This document shows positions 1 through 9,039 of a DNA stretch of 55,437 nucleotides, piece by piece. Under the pieces are notes generated by a model. That model saw only the letters and a list, made by a program, of their open reading frames with translations. It was not told where the DNA came from and searched no databases. The position numbers were made by a program, and so were the translations under genes. The stretch covers positions 1 to 55,437 of the forward strand of contig JBKCUU010000005.1 in NCBI GenBank assembly GCA_046318155.1, in the 5' to 3' direction. Origin of the DNA: Bdellovibrio sp. (GTDB lineage: Bacteria; Bdellovibrionota; Bdellovibrionia; Bdellovibrionales; Bdellovibrionaceae). Within the stretch, counting starts at the first letter, position 1. Each line of letters opens with the position of its first letter.

Positions 1-1
1 A

Positions 2-2035
2 AACTCGGTGGATTTAGCGGCTTATTATGGCGCGATGAAGCAAGCTGAAGTGCTCAATGCGATGGCGCATGTGAATTATCAAATCCGGCAATCTTGGAAG
101 CTCATGGCATACCGTTACCGAGGAATCGGAATGGCTGGTAATGAAGAGCCCGGGGCGCCCTTTAATCCTGTTAACGATACCTTGCGAGCGAGTGCGAGCG
201 TCGACAGCGAATACAAGTGCCCGGCCAGTTTTTGTATCAACTATGCAGCCTTTAACATCATGAACGTGGCTGGAAATCAGCGCGAAAATTATTGTCGCGA
301 CATGTGCAAGGGGATGTCGATCACACTACCTGGACAGCCATTTGGAACAAGTTTGCTTGCAGGCCTGCTTTCGTCAACACTTCCGGGAGTTACCGCCGCT
401 GTTGATACCGTTTCTAAAATCGCCAATCTAAAGGTAACGCAAAACTGTGAAGATCGATCGGCGCTGAATTGGTATGTGTTGGGACGTTTTATTTTTGCTT
501 TTAAGAATGATGTCGCCAATCGCAAGCGAATCATGAACAAGCTCGGCAACAGTCTTAGCTATGATGAAAAGGATTTTAAAGACATCGATGGAGAGTCTGT
601 TCGCACCGGGGCCCTGAACACGGCTTGGAAAAACATGACCTACCAAAATCAAGCGAGCATTGATCCTACGACCGGAACCGGTGCTGGCGGGTCGTTTGAA
701 TTTTTTAATAGCTTGGCTGCTGGTGGTTGTGGCGGGACTCGCGATGACGAGGGAACGCCGCCAAAATGGCTGCAAGAAATGTTCGTGAAACCGCTTTATG
801 GGTTTTTAGATGGAATCTGCCCTAGCGAGGCAAGTTCCGTTGAATTTCGAATCAAGATTATGAACGTGACAGGGGACGCGGGTTTGCCGAATTTTCGAGA
901 CCGCCTTGCTCCGGAGGTTGTTCAGTTTATCCAGTCTTACTCGCAAGATCCACTGACATTTGATACGCCTGAAGCACGCATGTTTCACACGACAGTCGGG
1001 TACGAAAAAAATCCTTGGTGCATGGCCTATGTTAAAACAAGCGCCACGACCAGACCTAAAATTCCGTTTTCACCTTTTGGCGGTGTGACCCTCAAAGCGA
1101 CAGCCTACGCAAAACCTTTTGGTGGAACAATCGGGCCTTGGTTTTATAAGAATTGGCCACAAAGTGCTGACAAATCAACCGGCGGGCCCGGCGAACAAGT
1201 CGATAAAACACTGCCCCCAAGGGTTCGGCCCGGTGAAGCTGCGGTTAATGCGAACGACGATTTTTTGCGAGTCGATTACTCGCGGTACGTCGGAGACACG
1301 ATCGGGGTAAAATCGACGATGACCATGGGGCGAATGCACAAAGCCATTTTTTTAAAAAATGGCCCTGCCAACGAACCTCGCCTAAGCCTCACCTGGTACA
1401 ATCATCTGATGGGAGAAGGCGCCGATATCAATCAACCGAGTAGTCACGGAGATATATTGATTTGGAATAACGGAATCGCGCCCGGGCAGCGAGATGTCGA
1501 AATTGGCGCCGTCATTCCCGATCAGTTTGATATCGCAAATTATTCGATCGAACCTTTTTGGTGGCGCGCCTATGCGCAGCGAATTCAGAAGCGATCTGAC
1601 TTTGCGAACATCCATGTGCGTGGTGATCTCGGCTATCGGCGAGATGCACCGGCGCCGTGGAATACGTTTTCAGTCAAAGATCAAATGGCCAGGGCCCTTG
1701 CCGACAACACAATGGATTACAACGAAGCGCTGACTTACGTTGCCGGTCGAAATAAGGATCCGGCAAAGGCCTTTGTCGAGCTGCTCACCAGCTGGCACAC
1801 CAAGGTTCCGGGTGATTACGTGATGGATGAGGCTCGGTTCGGAGATTGTGCCGATGCCGGCATCATTGGTGGATCACCCGAGGAGATTGAGAAGGCCGTT
1901 CCCGGCAATTGCATGGCAGGGGGGCGCACGGGCTATTCGGTGAAGCTCATCGACGAGCAGTTCTTGATCACCGATCAAGAAAATGGCGGTGCCGGTAACA
2001 ATGGCCGCATCAAGAACCCGCCCCCGGGTCTTTAA
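2..2035 (+). CDS. Tad/TadG-like (Flp pilus-associated) domain protein, 5' truncated by window edge
   Basis: Frame is open from base 2 and reads NSVDLAAYYGA, resembling the Tad N-terminal motif LQxAxDxAAxxGA. It is followed by a large Cys-containing extracellular-like region. Confidence 0.6.
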   Translation, partial: NSVDLAAYYGAMKQAEVLNAMAHVNYQIRQSWKLMAYRYRGIGMAGNEEPGAPFNPVNDTLRASASVDSEYKCPASFCINYAAFNIMNVAGNQRENYCRDMCKGMSITLPGQPFGTSLLAGLLSSTLPGVTAAVDTVSKIANLKVTQNCEDRSALNWYVLGRFIFAFKNDVANRKRIMNKLGNSLSYDEKDFKDIDGESVRTGALNTAWKNMTYQNQASIDPTTGTGAGGSFEFFNSLAAGGCGGTRDDEGTPPKWLQEMFVKPLYGFLDGICPSEASSVEFRIKIMNVTGDAGLPNFRDRLAPEVVQFIQSYSQDPLTFDTPEARMFHTTVGYEKNPWCMAYVKTSATTRPKIPFSPFGGVTLKATAYAKPFGGTIGPWFYKNWPQSADKSTGGPGEQVDKTLPPRVRPGEAAVNANDDFLRVDYSRYVGDTIGVKSTMTMGRMHKAIFLKNGPANEPRLSLTWYNHLMGEGADINQPSSHGDILIWNNGIAPGQRDVEIGAVIPDQFDIANYSIEPFWWRAYAQRIQKRSDFANIHVRGDLGYRRDAPAPWNTFSVKDQMARALADNTMDYNEALTYVAGRNKDPAKAFVELLTSWHTKVPGDYVMDEARFGDCADAGIIGGSPEEIEKAVPGNCMAGGRTGYSVKLIDEQFLITDQENGGAGNNGRIKNPPPGL

Positions 2036-2070
2036 GGGCTTCTAAAAATCCCACCGAGTCCGTGAGCAAA

Positions 2071-2085
2071 GTCTCAAACTGAGAC
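2071..2085. promoter_or_regulatory. Palindrome GTCTCA-N3-TGAGAC, putative transcription factor site
   Basis: Perfect 6-bp inverted repeat gtctcaaactgagac in the intergenic region, upstream of a sigma28-like promoter. Confidence 0.45.
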
Positions 2086-2120
2086 ATTTAAAATCGATTC
2101 TAGCAAGCCAGCAAGATGCC

Positions 2121-2148
2121 TCAAGTTGGCTCGACCTTCGTCCGATAA
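2121..2148 (+). promoter_or_regulatory. Putative sigma28 (FliA) promoter
   Basis: TCAA-N16-TCCGATAA resembles TAAA-N15/16-GCCGATAA and lies upstream of CDS 2247. Confidence 0.5.
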
Positions 2149-2246
2149 GAAGCTACCTGGGGGATTTTCATGTCAAAGCGAGGGGCTTTGCTTTTTGCCA
2201 TTCTGATGATTCAGAGGGAGCAAACCCATGGGGCGGGAGTAGGGAT

Positions 2247-3284
2247 ATGAAAAAACAAAACAGACGATGGATTTCGGCTCTTGTCTCGATGGGGGTTGCT
2301 TTTCAAGCCCCTCTGGCTTGGTCGGCTGGTGGTCGCTCGGGTACTGTGACTCAGCCAAATACAGAAACAACGGGCCGAGCGCCAACCACGACAACCACGA
2401 CGAATAACAACAATGCCGTCAACAACTACACCCCGACAAGAGTGAGCACAACGGCGACAGATGCGGCCGTTGCGGCCGCGCAGGCCAACGGCGGAAACAA
2501 TACGATGAGCCAGGGTCAAGGAGCGGGCAAATCTCAGAATATGGGAATGATTGTCGGTTTGGCGGGCGCGGCGTTTTCGGGCGCAATGGCGGCTGCAACC
2601 TGCATGAAAAAGCCGCCTGATCCGTCTTGCCCTCTCTGGATCATGGGAGCCTTAGCCTCCGCGGCTGTCGCCATGGCCATGAAAGGCGCAAAAGATAAAT
2701 CAGATAAAACCGTCGCCGATGTTTCCAAGTTGGGTGCGGGCCCATCTCCCACGCCAGAGGACTTGTCACGAACACCCGAGATGATCGAAACTGAGCGCAA
2801 TCTTCGTGCGGCGACGTCACAGGTGCCTGGTATGCAAGCCAATCTCAGGACGGGGTCGTTGCGGCTTCCGGATGGACGCACGATCAACGCGGCAGACCTC
2901 GGAAACTCGAGCGCTTTGGCGGCGGCAGGCTTATCTCCTTCTGAAATTGCAGCCTTTCAAGGTGCGGCCCAGAAAGCTTTAAAAGAAGGAGAGAAGCAGG
3001 CTCGAAAAGGACTCGACTCAAGTGAGGGTGCCAATGGCGAGGAATTAGCTGGAAGCAGCGGGAGCCGAGCTAGCAGCGCTTCTGAGAGCCCGGCCACAAG
3101 TGGTGGAACCGGGCGGGCGGTCCGGGACCCCGCGAATACTGACGGACTCACACGAAACTACAACGGCGACCGGATTGGCGTTGCTTCAGACAACATCTTT
3201 GGCTTGATCAATCGTCGCTATGTTCATGTGGCGGGTCAGAACTCTTTACTGACGCCTCCCAATCAGCCCGCGACTCCGCAGTAA
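2247..3284 (+). CDS. Hypothetical secreted/membrane protein, low-complexity T/N/G/A/S-rich
   Basis: 345-aa ORF with a signal peptide (MKKQNRRW...AWSA) and two hydrophobic Gly/Ala helices separated by a Cys-x8-Cys loop. Confidence 0.75.
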   Translation: MKKQNRRWISALVSMGVAFQAPLAWSAGGRSGTVTQPNTETTGRAPTTTTTTNNNNAVNNYTPTRVSTTATDAAVAAAQANGGNNTMSQGQGAGKSQNMGMIVGLAGAAFSGAMAAATCMKKPPDPSCPLWIMGALASAAVAMAMKGAKDKSDKTVADVSKLGAGPSPTPEDLSRTPEMIETERNLRAATSQVPGMQANLRTGSLRLPDGRTINAADLGNSSALAAAGLSPSEIAAFQGAAQKALKEGEKQARKGLDSSEGANGEELAGSSGSRASSASESPATSGGTGRAVRDPANTDGLTRNYNGDRIGVASDNIFGLINRRYVHVAGQNSLLTPPNQPATPQ

Positions 3285-3337
3285 ATTCACCGTGAAATTC
3301 AAAGCTGAATGATGCATCCTTTAATCGAGGACGCATC

Positions 3338-4456
3338 ATGCTTTTTAAAAAATCAGACATTCGAGTGATCGGAATCATGAGTGGGACCAGCCTCGACGGC
3401 GTTGATTTTGTCTGGGTTCGAGTTCAAAAAAAGAAATCGAATTTGCAGGTTTCATATCAAAAACACAAAGCCGCTTCGTTTCCGAAGGCTCTTCGTCAAG
3501 AACTGATCTTAGCGGCCTCCCATCAACTAAAAGTCGATCGCCTAACGGAACTTCACTTTGAGCTGGGCCGATTTTACGCCAGCGCCCTCAAGAAAGCTTC
3601 GCGAGGCTCAAAAGATCAAGTGGATCTTATCGGTTTGCATGGCCAGACGGTTTATCACCGGGGGGGGCATGCCACTTTGCAAATCGGCGAACCCTCATTT
3701 TTAGCTCAGACATTTTCGGTTCCTGTCATTTCAAATTTTCGCCCCTGCGACATTGTTGGAGGCGGCCAAGGTGCACCGCTGGCGCCGTATTTTCATCAAG
3801 TCGCCTTTGGTAAAAAGGGGACTCGCGTTGCCGTTCATAACTTGGGCGGCATCAGCAATTTAACTTTGGTCGATGGCTACGACATGATCATGGGCTACGA
3901 CACGGGGCCGGCCAACATGCCGATGGATCTTTACATCCAAAAGAAGACCAAGGGTCGGCTTCGGTTTGATCGTGGCGGTGAGGGTGCGCGCCGGGGGTTT
4001 ATTAACATCGGAATTTTGCAGCAGGGATTGAAACATAGCTTCTACAAAAAGAAGGCCCCCAAGTCCTGTGGCCGTGAAGAGTTTGGTGAGGCCTGGGTCA
4101 AATCACTTTTTGCGACACATCCAAAAATGAATCTTGAAGATGGACTTGCAACGCTCACCGAAATTGTCGCGACCTCGATTAGCCGCGAGTACCTCGCCAT
4201 GAAAAACAAGCGGCCTGCCGAAATTATTTTTTGTGGTGGTGGTTCTCACAACACCTATTTAATTGAACGGCTTCGAGCCCAGCTGCCGCAAATTCAGATC
4301 TTGACATCGATTGAAAAGGGTTGGCCAGCACAAGCAATCGAAGGGGGCGCCTTTGCACTCTTAGCCGCCACCCGTGCTTGGGACATTAAAATTGATCATC
4401 AAAAAACAACGGGTGCAAAAAAACCCTTGCTACTGGGGCAAGTGACGCAAGCTTAG
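3338..4456 (+). CDS. anmK: Anhydro-N-acetylmuramic acid kinase
   Basis: Motifs GIMSGTSLDGVD, HGQT, GGQGAPLAP, NLGGISN, DTGPAN, PKSCGREEF, CGGG. Confidence 0.95.
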   Translation: MLFKKSDIRVIGIMSGTSLDGVDFVWVRVQKKKSNLQVSYQKHKAASFPKALRQELILAASHQLKVDRLTELHFELGRFYASALKKASRGSKDQVDLIGLHGQTVYHRGGHATLQIGEPSFLAQTFSVPVISNFRPCDIVGGGQGAPLAPYFHQVAFGKKGTRVAVHNLGGISNLTLVDGYDMIMGYDTGPANMPMDLYIQKKTKGRLRFDRGGEGARRGFINIGILQQGLKHSFYKKKAPKSCGREEFGEAWVKSLFATHPKMNLEDGLATLTEIVATSISREYLAMKNKRPAEIIFCGGGSHNTYLIERLRAQLPQIQILTSIEKGWPAQAIEGGAFALLAATRAWDIKIDHQKTTGAKKPLLLGQVTQA

Positions 4457-5319
4457 CTTTTTAAGTTCTTCCAGAGCTGATCTACTTTTTTAAGAAGCAA
4501 CGGCTGAGCCATTTCAACAAGTCCTGGTCTTTGTTTTTGCGACTTTAAAAAATTGAAGAGCCAACTTGGCCAGCCGCGCAGTAGCTGCTGCTCAAGTGCC
4601 TGCAAGCACTCGTCAGTTGCAGCCACAAAGTCGGCCGGGTTGCCAGTCTCAAACCACTGGCAGTCGAGGGGAAAGACTTCGACCTTCTCGCCTTTGCTAA
4701 TCGCAAGCGTCGCCGTATCGTAAAGAATATTTTCGTCTACCACTTGATCTTTAAAGTAAGAAAAAATGCGGTTCGAAAAAATGACAATCCCCGTGTAGTG
4801 CCACCCCTTGAGCCCCTCAAGCTTGGTTTTCGAAAATTGAACAACGGCATTTTGCGGATTGCTCCAAACGCCGCCGAACTTAGTTCCCACATCGGGGTGC
4901 TCTTTCACACAAATGGTCATCAGATTTTGGCTTTGCTGATGGTGTTTAAGAGCCTTGCTCAGTTGTCCATCATGATTTGGCAAAATGATTTCATCACCAT
5001 TGATGACAAAAAAGGTCGCCTCACTCTCGAGAAAAGGCTTGGCCTTGTGAATGCCGCCGCCACTTCCCAAGAGGCCGTTACTTTCATCCGAAAAGTGAAT
5101 GCGCATCCTTAAGTCAGTTGTCTCACTGAACAGTTTCAGGATTTCTTTTGAAAGATGGTAGTGATTGACGACAAGCTCGTTAACGCCGACTTCGCGCAGA
5201 AGCTCGACGCCATAAAAAGCTAAGGGGACGCCCAAAAAGGGGATTGCTGGTTTTGGTAGCTGGAGGGTATAAGGACGAAGCCGAGTGCCCTCTCCGGCAG
5301 CCAAAATCATGGCCTTCAT
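4453..5319 (-). CDS. murU: Nucleotidyltransferase, probable MurNAc-alpha-1-phosphate uridylyltransferase
   Basis: MKAMILAAGEGTRLRPYT...PKP, LLGSGGG and NGD motifs. It overlaps the upstream amgK by 4 nt, as in the canonical amgK-murU pair. Confidence 0.8.
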   Translation of the reverse strand: MKAMILAAGEGTRLRPYTLQLPKPAIPFLGVPLAFYGVELLREVGVNELVVNHYHLSKEILKLFSETTDLRMRIHFSDESNGLLGSGGGIHKAKPFLESEATFFVINGDEIILPNHDGQLSKALKHHQQSQNLMTICVKEHPDVGTKFGGVWSNPQNAVVQFSKTKLEGLKGWHYTGIVIFSNRIFSYFKDQVVDENILYDTATLAISKGEKVEVFPLDCQWFETGNPADFVAATDECLQALEQQLLRGWPSWLFNFLKSQKQRPGLVEMAQPLLLKKVDQLWKNLKS

Positions 5320-6326
5320 AGAATTTCGAACTTTCGCTCAAGAGAGCCCGAGTCGATCAGGACATCAGAAAACATTTTGTACTCAGGAAATTCGGTCAGG
5401 CTTTTAAGAACTCGTCTGAGAGTATTCGAAAGGTACTTGAGGTAGCGTGTGTCTTTACGTTGATTGTAAAAGCTTGCGAAACTGCCGCAGGCCTTAAAGC
5501 AGCGCTGAATTGTTTGAAGTTCGTAGATGTAGTCAAACTGCTCGCGAGAAAAGCCCGAAGGTAAAAACTCACGTCCTTTATCAAGGTAATCTTCGAGCAG
5601 TGCCTGGGCCATGCTGTCGGACATATTGACGTAAGAATCGCGCAGCAAACTGACCAAATCGTATTGCAAGGCTCCCATGCGCGCATCCTGAAAGTCGATC
5701 ACGCGCATGCGATCGCGCTTAATCATCAGGTTGCGAGAGTGGTAATCACGGTGGGCGATAAACTTAGGCTCTTTGGCAATGATACCGCAAAGATTACGAA
5801 AAAGATCGACGAGCTGATTCTTAGCGGCGTCGCTCATGTCAAATTGGCAAACGCCCAAAATCAAATTGTCGAGGCCGTACTTCATCTCCCAGAGAAGTTT
5901 TTCTGTATCGAACTCGATCTCAAATGCTGTGCAGGGTGAGCGGTCGCGAGTGCAATGAAAGTGAATTTTGATCAACTCGTCAATGGCCATCCGGTAGTAG
6001 CCAAGCGCCATTTCATGACTTTGGTTTTCCCAGAACTTGCGCTCTAAAGTTAAATCACCCAAGTCTTCAAGCAAAACGAGGCCATCGGCTTCGCTATAAT
6101 GAAGGACTTCCGGAACATGCACGTGGTTTTTTGAAAAGTGATTCAAGACCGAGAGAAACGGGTACTTATTTTTGTCGAAAGGTTCCCAGGACATCAGGAC
6201 CGAGGATTCTTGGTCCCGAATAACGCGGTAGTATTTTCGGCTAGAAGCGTCGCCCGCAAGCGCCAGGACGTTTGAATCTTTATCTTTGAAATAATCGATG
6301 AGGAACGAATCTATTTTAGGATCCAT
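5316..6326 (-). CDS. amgK: Anomeric MurNAc/GlcNAc kinase (APH-family phosphotransferase)
   Basis: LAGDASSRKYYR, LLEDLGD, HRDYHSRNLM, IDFQDA and YDLVSLLRD motifs typical of AmgK. Confidence 0.88.
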   Translation of the reverse strand: MDPKIDSFLIDYFKDKDSNVLALAGDASSRKYYRVIRDQESSVLMSWEPFDKNKYPFLSVLNHFSKNHVHVPEVLHYSEADGLVLLEDLGDLTLERKFWENQSHEMALGYYRMAIDELIKIHFHCTRDRSPCTAFEIEFDTEKLLWEMKYGLDNLILGVCQFDMSDAAKNQLVDLFRNLCGIIAKEPKFIAHRDYHSRNLMIKRDRMRVIDFQDARMGALQYDLVSLLRDSYVNMSDSMAQALLEDYLDKGREFLPSGFSREQFDYIYELQTIQRCFKACGSFASFYNQRKDTRYLKYLSNTLRRVLKSLTEFPEYKMFSDVLIDSGSLERKFEIL

Positions 6327-6335
6327 CCCCAAATG

Positions 6336-7163
6336 CTATTGAAGAGCAGACTCTTTGTCGAGCAAGAGTTTAATGGCCTCTTCACAGAATCGGCGGTCAG
6401 CAGGGAGGCGGTCCGCCTCGATTTGGTGAAAACCAGCCTCTTCAAGCAGGAACGTTGGCAAGATCTCTTTATTTTTAAGCTCGGTCCAGGCCACCTGAGA
6501 ACCGATGACGAGCGCGGGCTCGTTTTCGCATTTCGAAGTCTGAATCCACTCGTTCAAAAGAAACTTCTCATCATTTGACAGCGTGAGCGCATCTTCGACA
6601 AAGATCGTCATCGCACCCAAATCACGTAAATCCTGAACAGAAAAAATTTGAGCACGAATCTCGTTCCAATGCACAAAGGCCCAGCGGCTCATCACGTCAT
6701 GAACCTGCAACGCCAATTTTGGCAGGCGGTGGGGGTTGTGTGAAATCAACAGAACAACCGGAGAGCGCTCACCGATCGATTCAAGTTCAAGTTCGTCCTG
6801 GGTAGACTGAAGCTCACCCAAGTGATTGAACGTGACCAGATTATCGCGGTTGATTTCTGATTGATTCAGGTACCAACTGTAAAGAGTCGGCTCGAGAATG
6901 AGTTTGACCACTTCCGTGATCGCCTCAGCAGAACTGTTTGGCAGCGACCCCGCATCCGGCACTTTTGCAACCGCGAGAAAGCGGCCATTCGAAGAAATTG
7001 GGATGTGCAGAATTCCGTTTTTTATCAAGAACGAAGTTTCTTCCGTTGCAACAACGTCGCTGGAGTCATTCAAAAAACTCAGCTCTAGGCCCTTCCCATA
7101 GCGGCTTTGTAAAATCCCCTTTAATCGTTCGATTGATGTCGACTGCATGATGTCTTTGATCAT
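6336..7163 (-). CDS. Hypothetical protein; apparent degenerate sigma54-activator (sensor-like region plus inactive AAA+), no HTH
   Basis: GAGGAG RBS 5 nt before ATG 7163. The C-terminal half aligns by eye with the bEBP AAA+ pattern but lacks Walker A and GAFTGA. Confidence 0.65.
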   Translation of the reverse strand: MIKDIMQSTSIERLKGILQSRYGKGLELSFLNDSSDVVATEETSFLIKNGILHIPISSNGRFLAVAKVPDAGSLPNSSAEAITEVVKLILEPTLYSWYLNQSEINRDNLVTFNHLGELQSTQDELELESIGERSPVVLLISHNPHRLPKLALQVHDVMSRWAFVHWNEIRAQIFSVQDLRDLGAMTIFVEDALTLSNDEKFLLNEWIQTSKCENEPALVIGSQVAWTELKNKEILPTFLLEEAGFHQIEADRLPADRRFCEEAIKLLLDKESALQ

Positions 7164-7194
7164 TCCCACTCCTCAGGTTCCAACTGACCCTAAG

Positions 7195-7209
7195 GCAATC
7201 CCGGTGCCG
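7195..7209 (-). promoter_or_regulatory. sigma54 -24/-12 promoter
   Basis: Minus strand reads TGGCACCGGGATTGC, matching TGGCAC-N5-TTGC, about 30 nt upstream of the 7163 start. Confidence 0.8.
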
Positions 7210-7295
7210 AGCTTTGTCACCGCTCAACTCGAATAAACGTGGTTCTCGCGTGATATCACGGGTTTGGTGCCCTGTGCGGATTGTAAGCGATCTTG

Positions 7296-7333
7296 AAAAA
7301 AGGATAGGGCCAGAAAACTGGCCCTCCCTAAAA
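7296..7333 (-). terminator. Intrinsic terminator after the sigma54 activator gene
   Basis: agggccag-aaaa-ctggccct hairpin with an A6 run on the + strand (U-tract on the - strand). Confidence 0.65.
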
Positions 7334-7358
7334 ATTCGAATGCAGAAGTGGTGTGTAC

Positions 7359-8924
7359 TTAAGTTCCTGTACGGGCCATTTTTCGTTTATCGAGGCCGTA
7401 CTTTTCAACTTTCATGATCAAACCGGCGCGTGAAATTCCGAGTTCCTTGGCCAGTTTGGATTTGTTCCAGCCTGTGCGGCGAAGGCCTTCGCGAATCATA
7501 TCGCGTTCCAAATCTTCAAGAGCGTCTTTGAGTTTACCTTGCAAGCGCGCGCCTTGAACTTTTGATTTCTCTCCGGCTTCCAAAATTTTGGGAGACAGGA
7601 TCTCGGGCATGATTTTTTGATCGTCACCAGTCAAGACGACCAGGCGTTCAACTTCATTTTGAAGTTCACGAACGTTACCAGGCCAAGCGTAGTCGTAGAG
7701 TTTCTCAAGAGCACGCTTAGTCAGAGTTTTCTTTGCAAAGGATCCGGCGTCGCAAGCTTTGGATAAGAAGAACTCTGCCAAAAGGGGAATGTCCTCTTTG
7801 CGCTCACGAAGTGGGGGCACGCGCAAGTTGATAACGTTCAATCGGTAGTACAAGTCCTCACGGAAGGTTCCTTGCTCAACCATCTCTTTTAAATTTCGAT
7901 TTGTTGCCGCGACGATGCGGACGTCAACCTTGCGCATTTCGGTAGAACCCACAGGAGTGAAAGTTCCTTCTTGGAGAACGCGCAGAAGTTTGACCTGCAT
8001 CTGAGGAGACGTATCCCCGATTTCATCCAAGAAGAAGGTTCCTTTATCTGCGATTTCGAAGAGACCTTTTTTATCGCGGATGGCGCCCGTGAACGAGCCC
8101 TTGGTGTGACCGAAAAGCTCGGACTCCAAGAGGTTGTCATTGAACGCAGAACAGTTCTGAATGACGAAAGCTTTGTCTTTGCGGTGCGAGTTGTAGTGGA
8201 TTGCCTTGGCAATCAACTCTTTACCTGTCCCGTTCTCACCCTGGATCATGACGGTTGAATCAGCCGTTTTGATTTTGTCGAGCAGAGCGTAGAGCGATTG
8301 CATGGGTTTCGACTTACCAATCATATTGTCATATTTGTAACGGCTACCGAGTTCTTTATTGAGTTCTCGGATGCGGTCTTCACGGCGCGAGATCTCAAGG
8401 TGCAAAGTCACGACCTCTTCAGCAACAAGGCTGACCAGTTGGCAGAAGTGCTCGCGGCTTTGATCATCAAGATACTGAAATTTGCCCAAAGCTTTTTCGA
8501 TGAGGTCCGAGGACGCACCAAAAGCAGCTAAGCGCTCACGCGCTTCAGTGAGACGCTCGCCCACGTTTGCGTCACGGAAGAATCCAGTGGCAACAACGGT
8601 GCCCATGAAATCGTTATCGATCATGATGGGGAAGATCGCGACGTCAAAGCCGGCGAGGTCCCACTTTTTCATGGCAAAACGGTTGTCTGACATACGCAAG
8701 TCATCGATTGTTTTCATCACCAGCTCAGCCATTGCGTTTTGTGCGGCCTCTTTATTGACTAAGAACTGGACGGCAGGATTGGCAAAAGGATTCTTGCTGG
8801 CGTCGACGCCCTTGATCATGCCTCTTTCGTCAGTAAACACGACATCAACATTCCACCAAGAAGCCAAAACCTGGCGAAGTTTTTTGATGACGTGTATATG
8901 TTCGAATTCATCCCAATTGATCAT
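7359..8924 (-). CDS. sigma54-dependent enhancer-binding transcriptional activator with N-terminal PocR-like sensor, AAA+ and Fis-type HTH
   Basis: GENGTGKE Walker A, ESELFGH, GSFTGA, FLDEIGD, WPGNVRELQN and a C-terminal HTH. Start moved to ATG 8924 (GGGAGG RBS) because the longer ORF overlaps the ABC transporter gene. Confidence 0.92.
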   Translation of the reverse strand: MINWDEFEHIHVIKKLRQVLASWWNVDVVFTDERGMIKGVDASKNPFANPAVQFLVNKEAAQNAMAELVMKTIDDLRMSDNRFAMKKWDLAGFDVAIFPIMIDNDFMGTVVATGFFRDANVGERLTEARERLAAFGASSDLIEKALGKFQYLDDQSREHFCQLVSLVAEEVVTLHLEISRREDRIRELNKELGSRYKYDNMIGKSKPMQSLYALLDKIKTADSTVMIQGENGTGKELIAKAIHYNSHRKDKAFVIQNCSAFNDNLLESELFGHTKGSFTGAIRDKKGLFEIADKGTFFLDEIGDTSPQMQVKLLRVLQEGTFTPVGSTEMRKVDVRIVAATNRNLKEMVEQGTFREDLYYRLNVINLRVPPLRERKEDIPLLAEFFLSKACDAGSFAKKTLTKRALEKLYDYAWPGNVRELQNEVERLVVLTGDDQKIMPEILSPKILEAGEKSKVQGARLQGKLKDALEDLERDMIREGLRRTGWNKSKLAKELGISRAGLIMKVEKYGLDKRKMARTGT

Positions 8925-9039
8925 AGAAGTCCTCCCATGTGTCGTATTTCTATTCGTCAAAAAGTTGGACAAGCTTGAGGGATTGATCAAATTTAGACCT
9001 TGGCCCAGGCCAGGCGGAGGGGCAATATTGCCGAATCTC

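Noticed and set aside
5316..6326. Aminoglycoside resistance phosphotransferase
   Set aside because: GDAS.R.Y.R and DFQDA motifs and coupling to a nucleotidyltransferase indicate AmgK.
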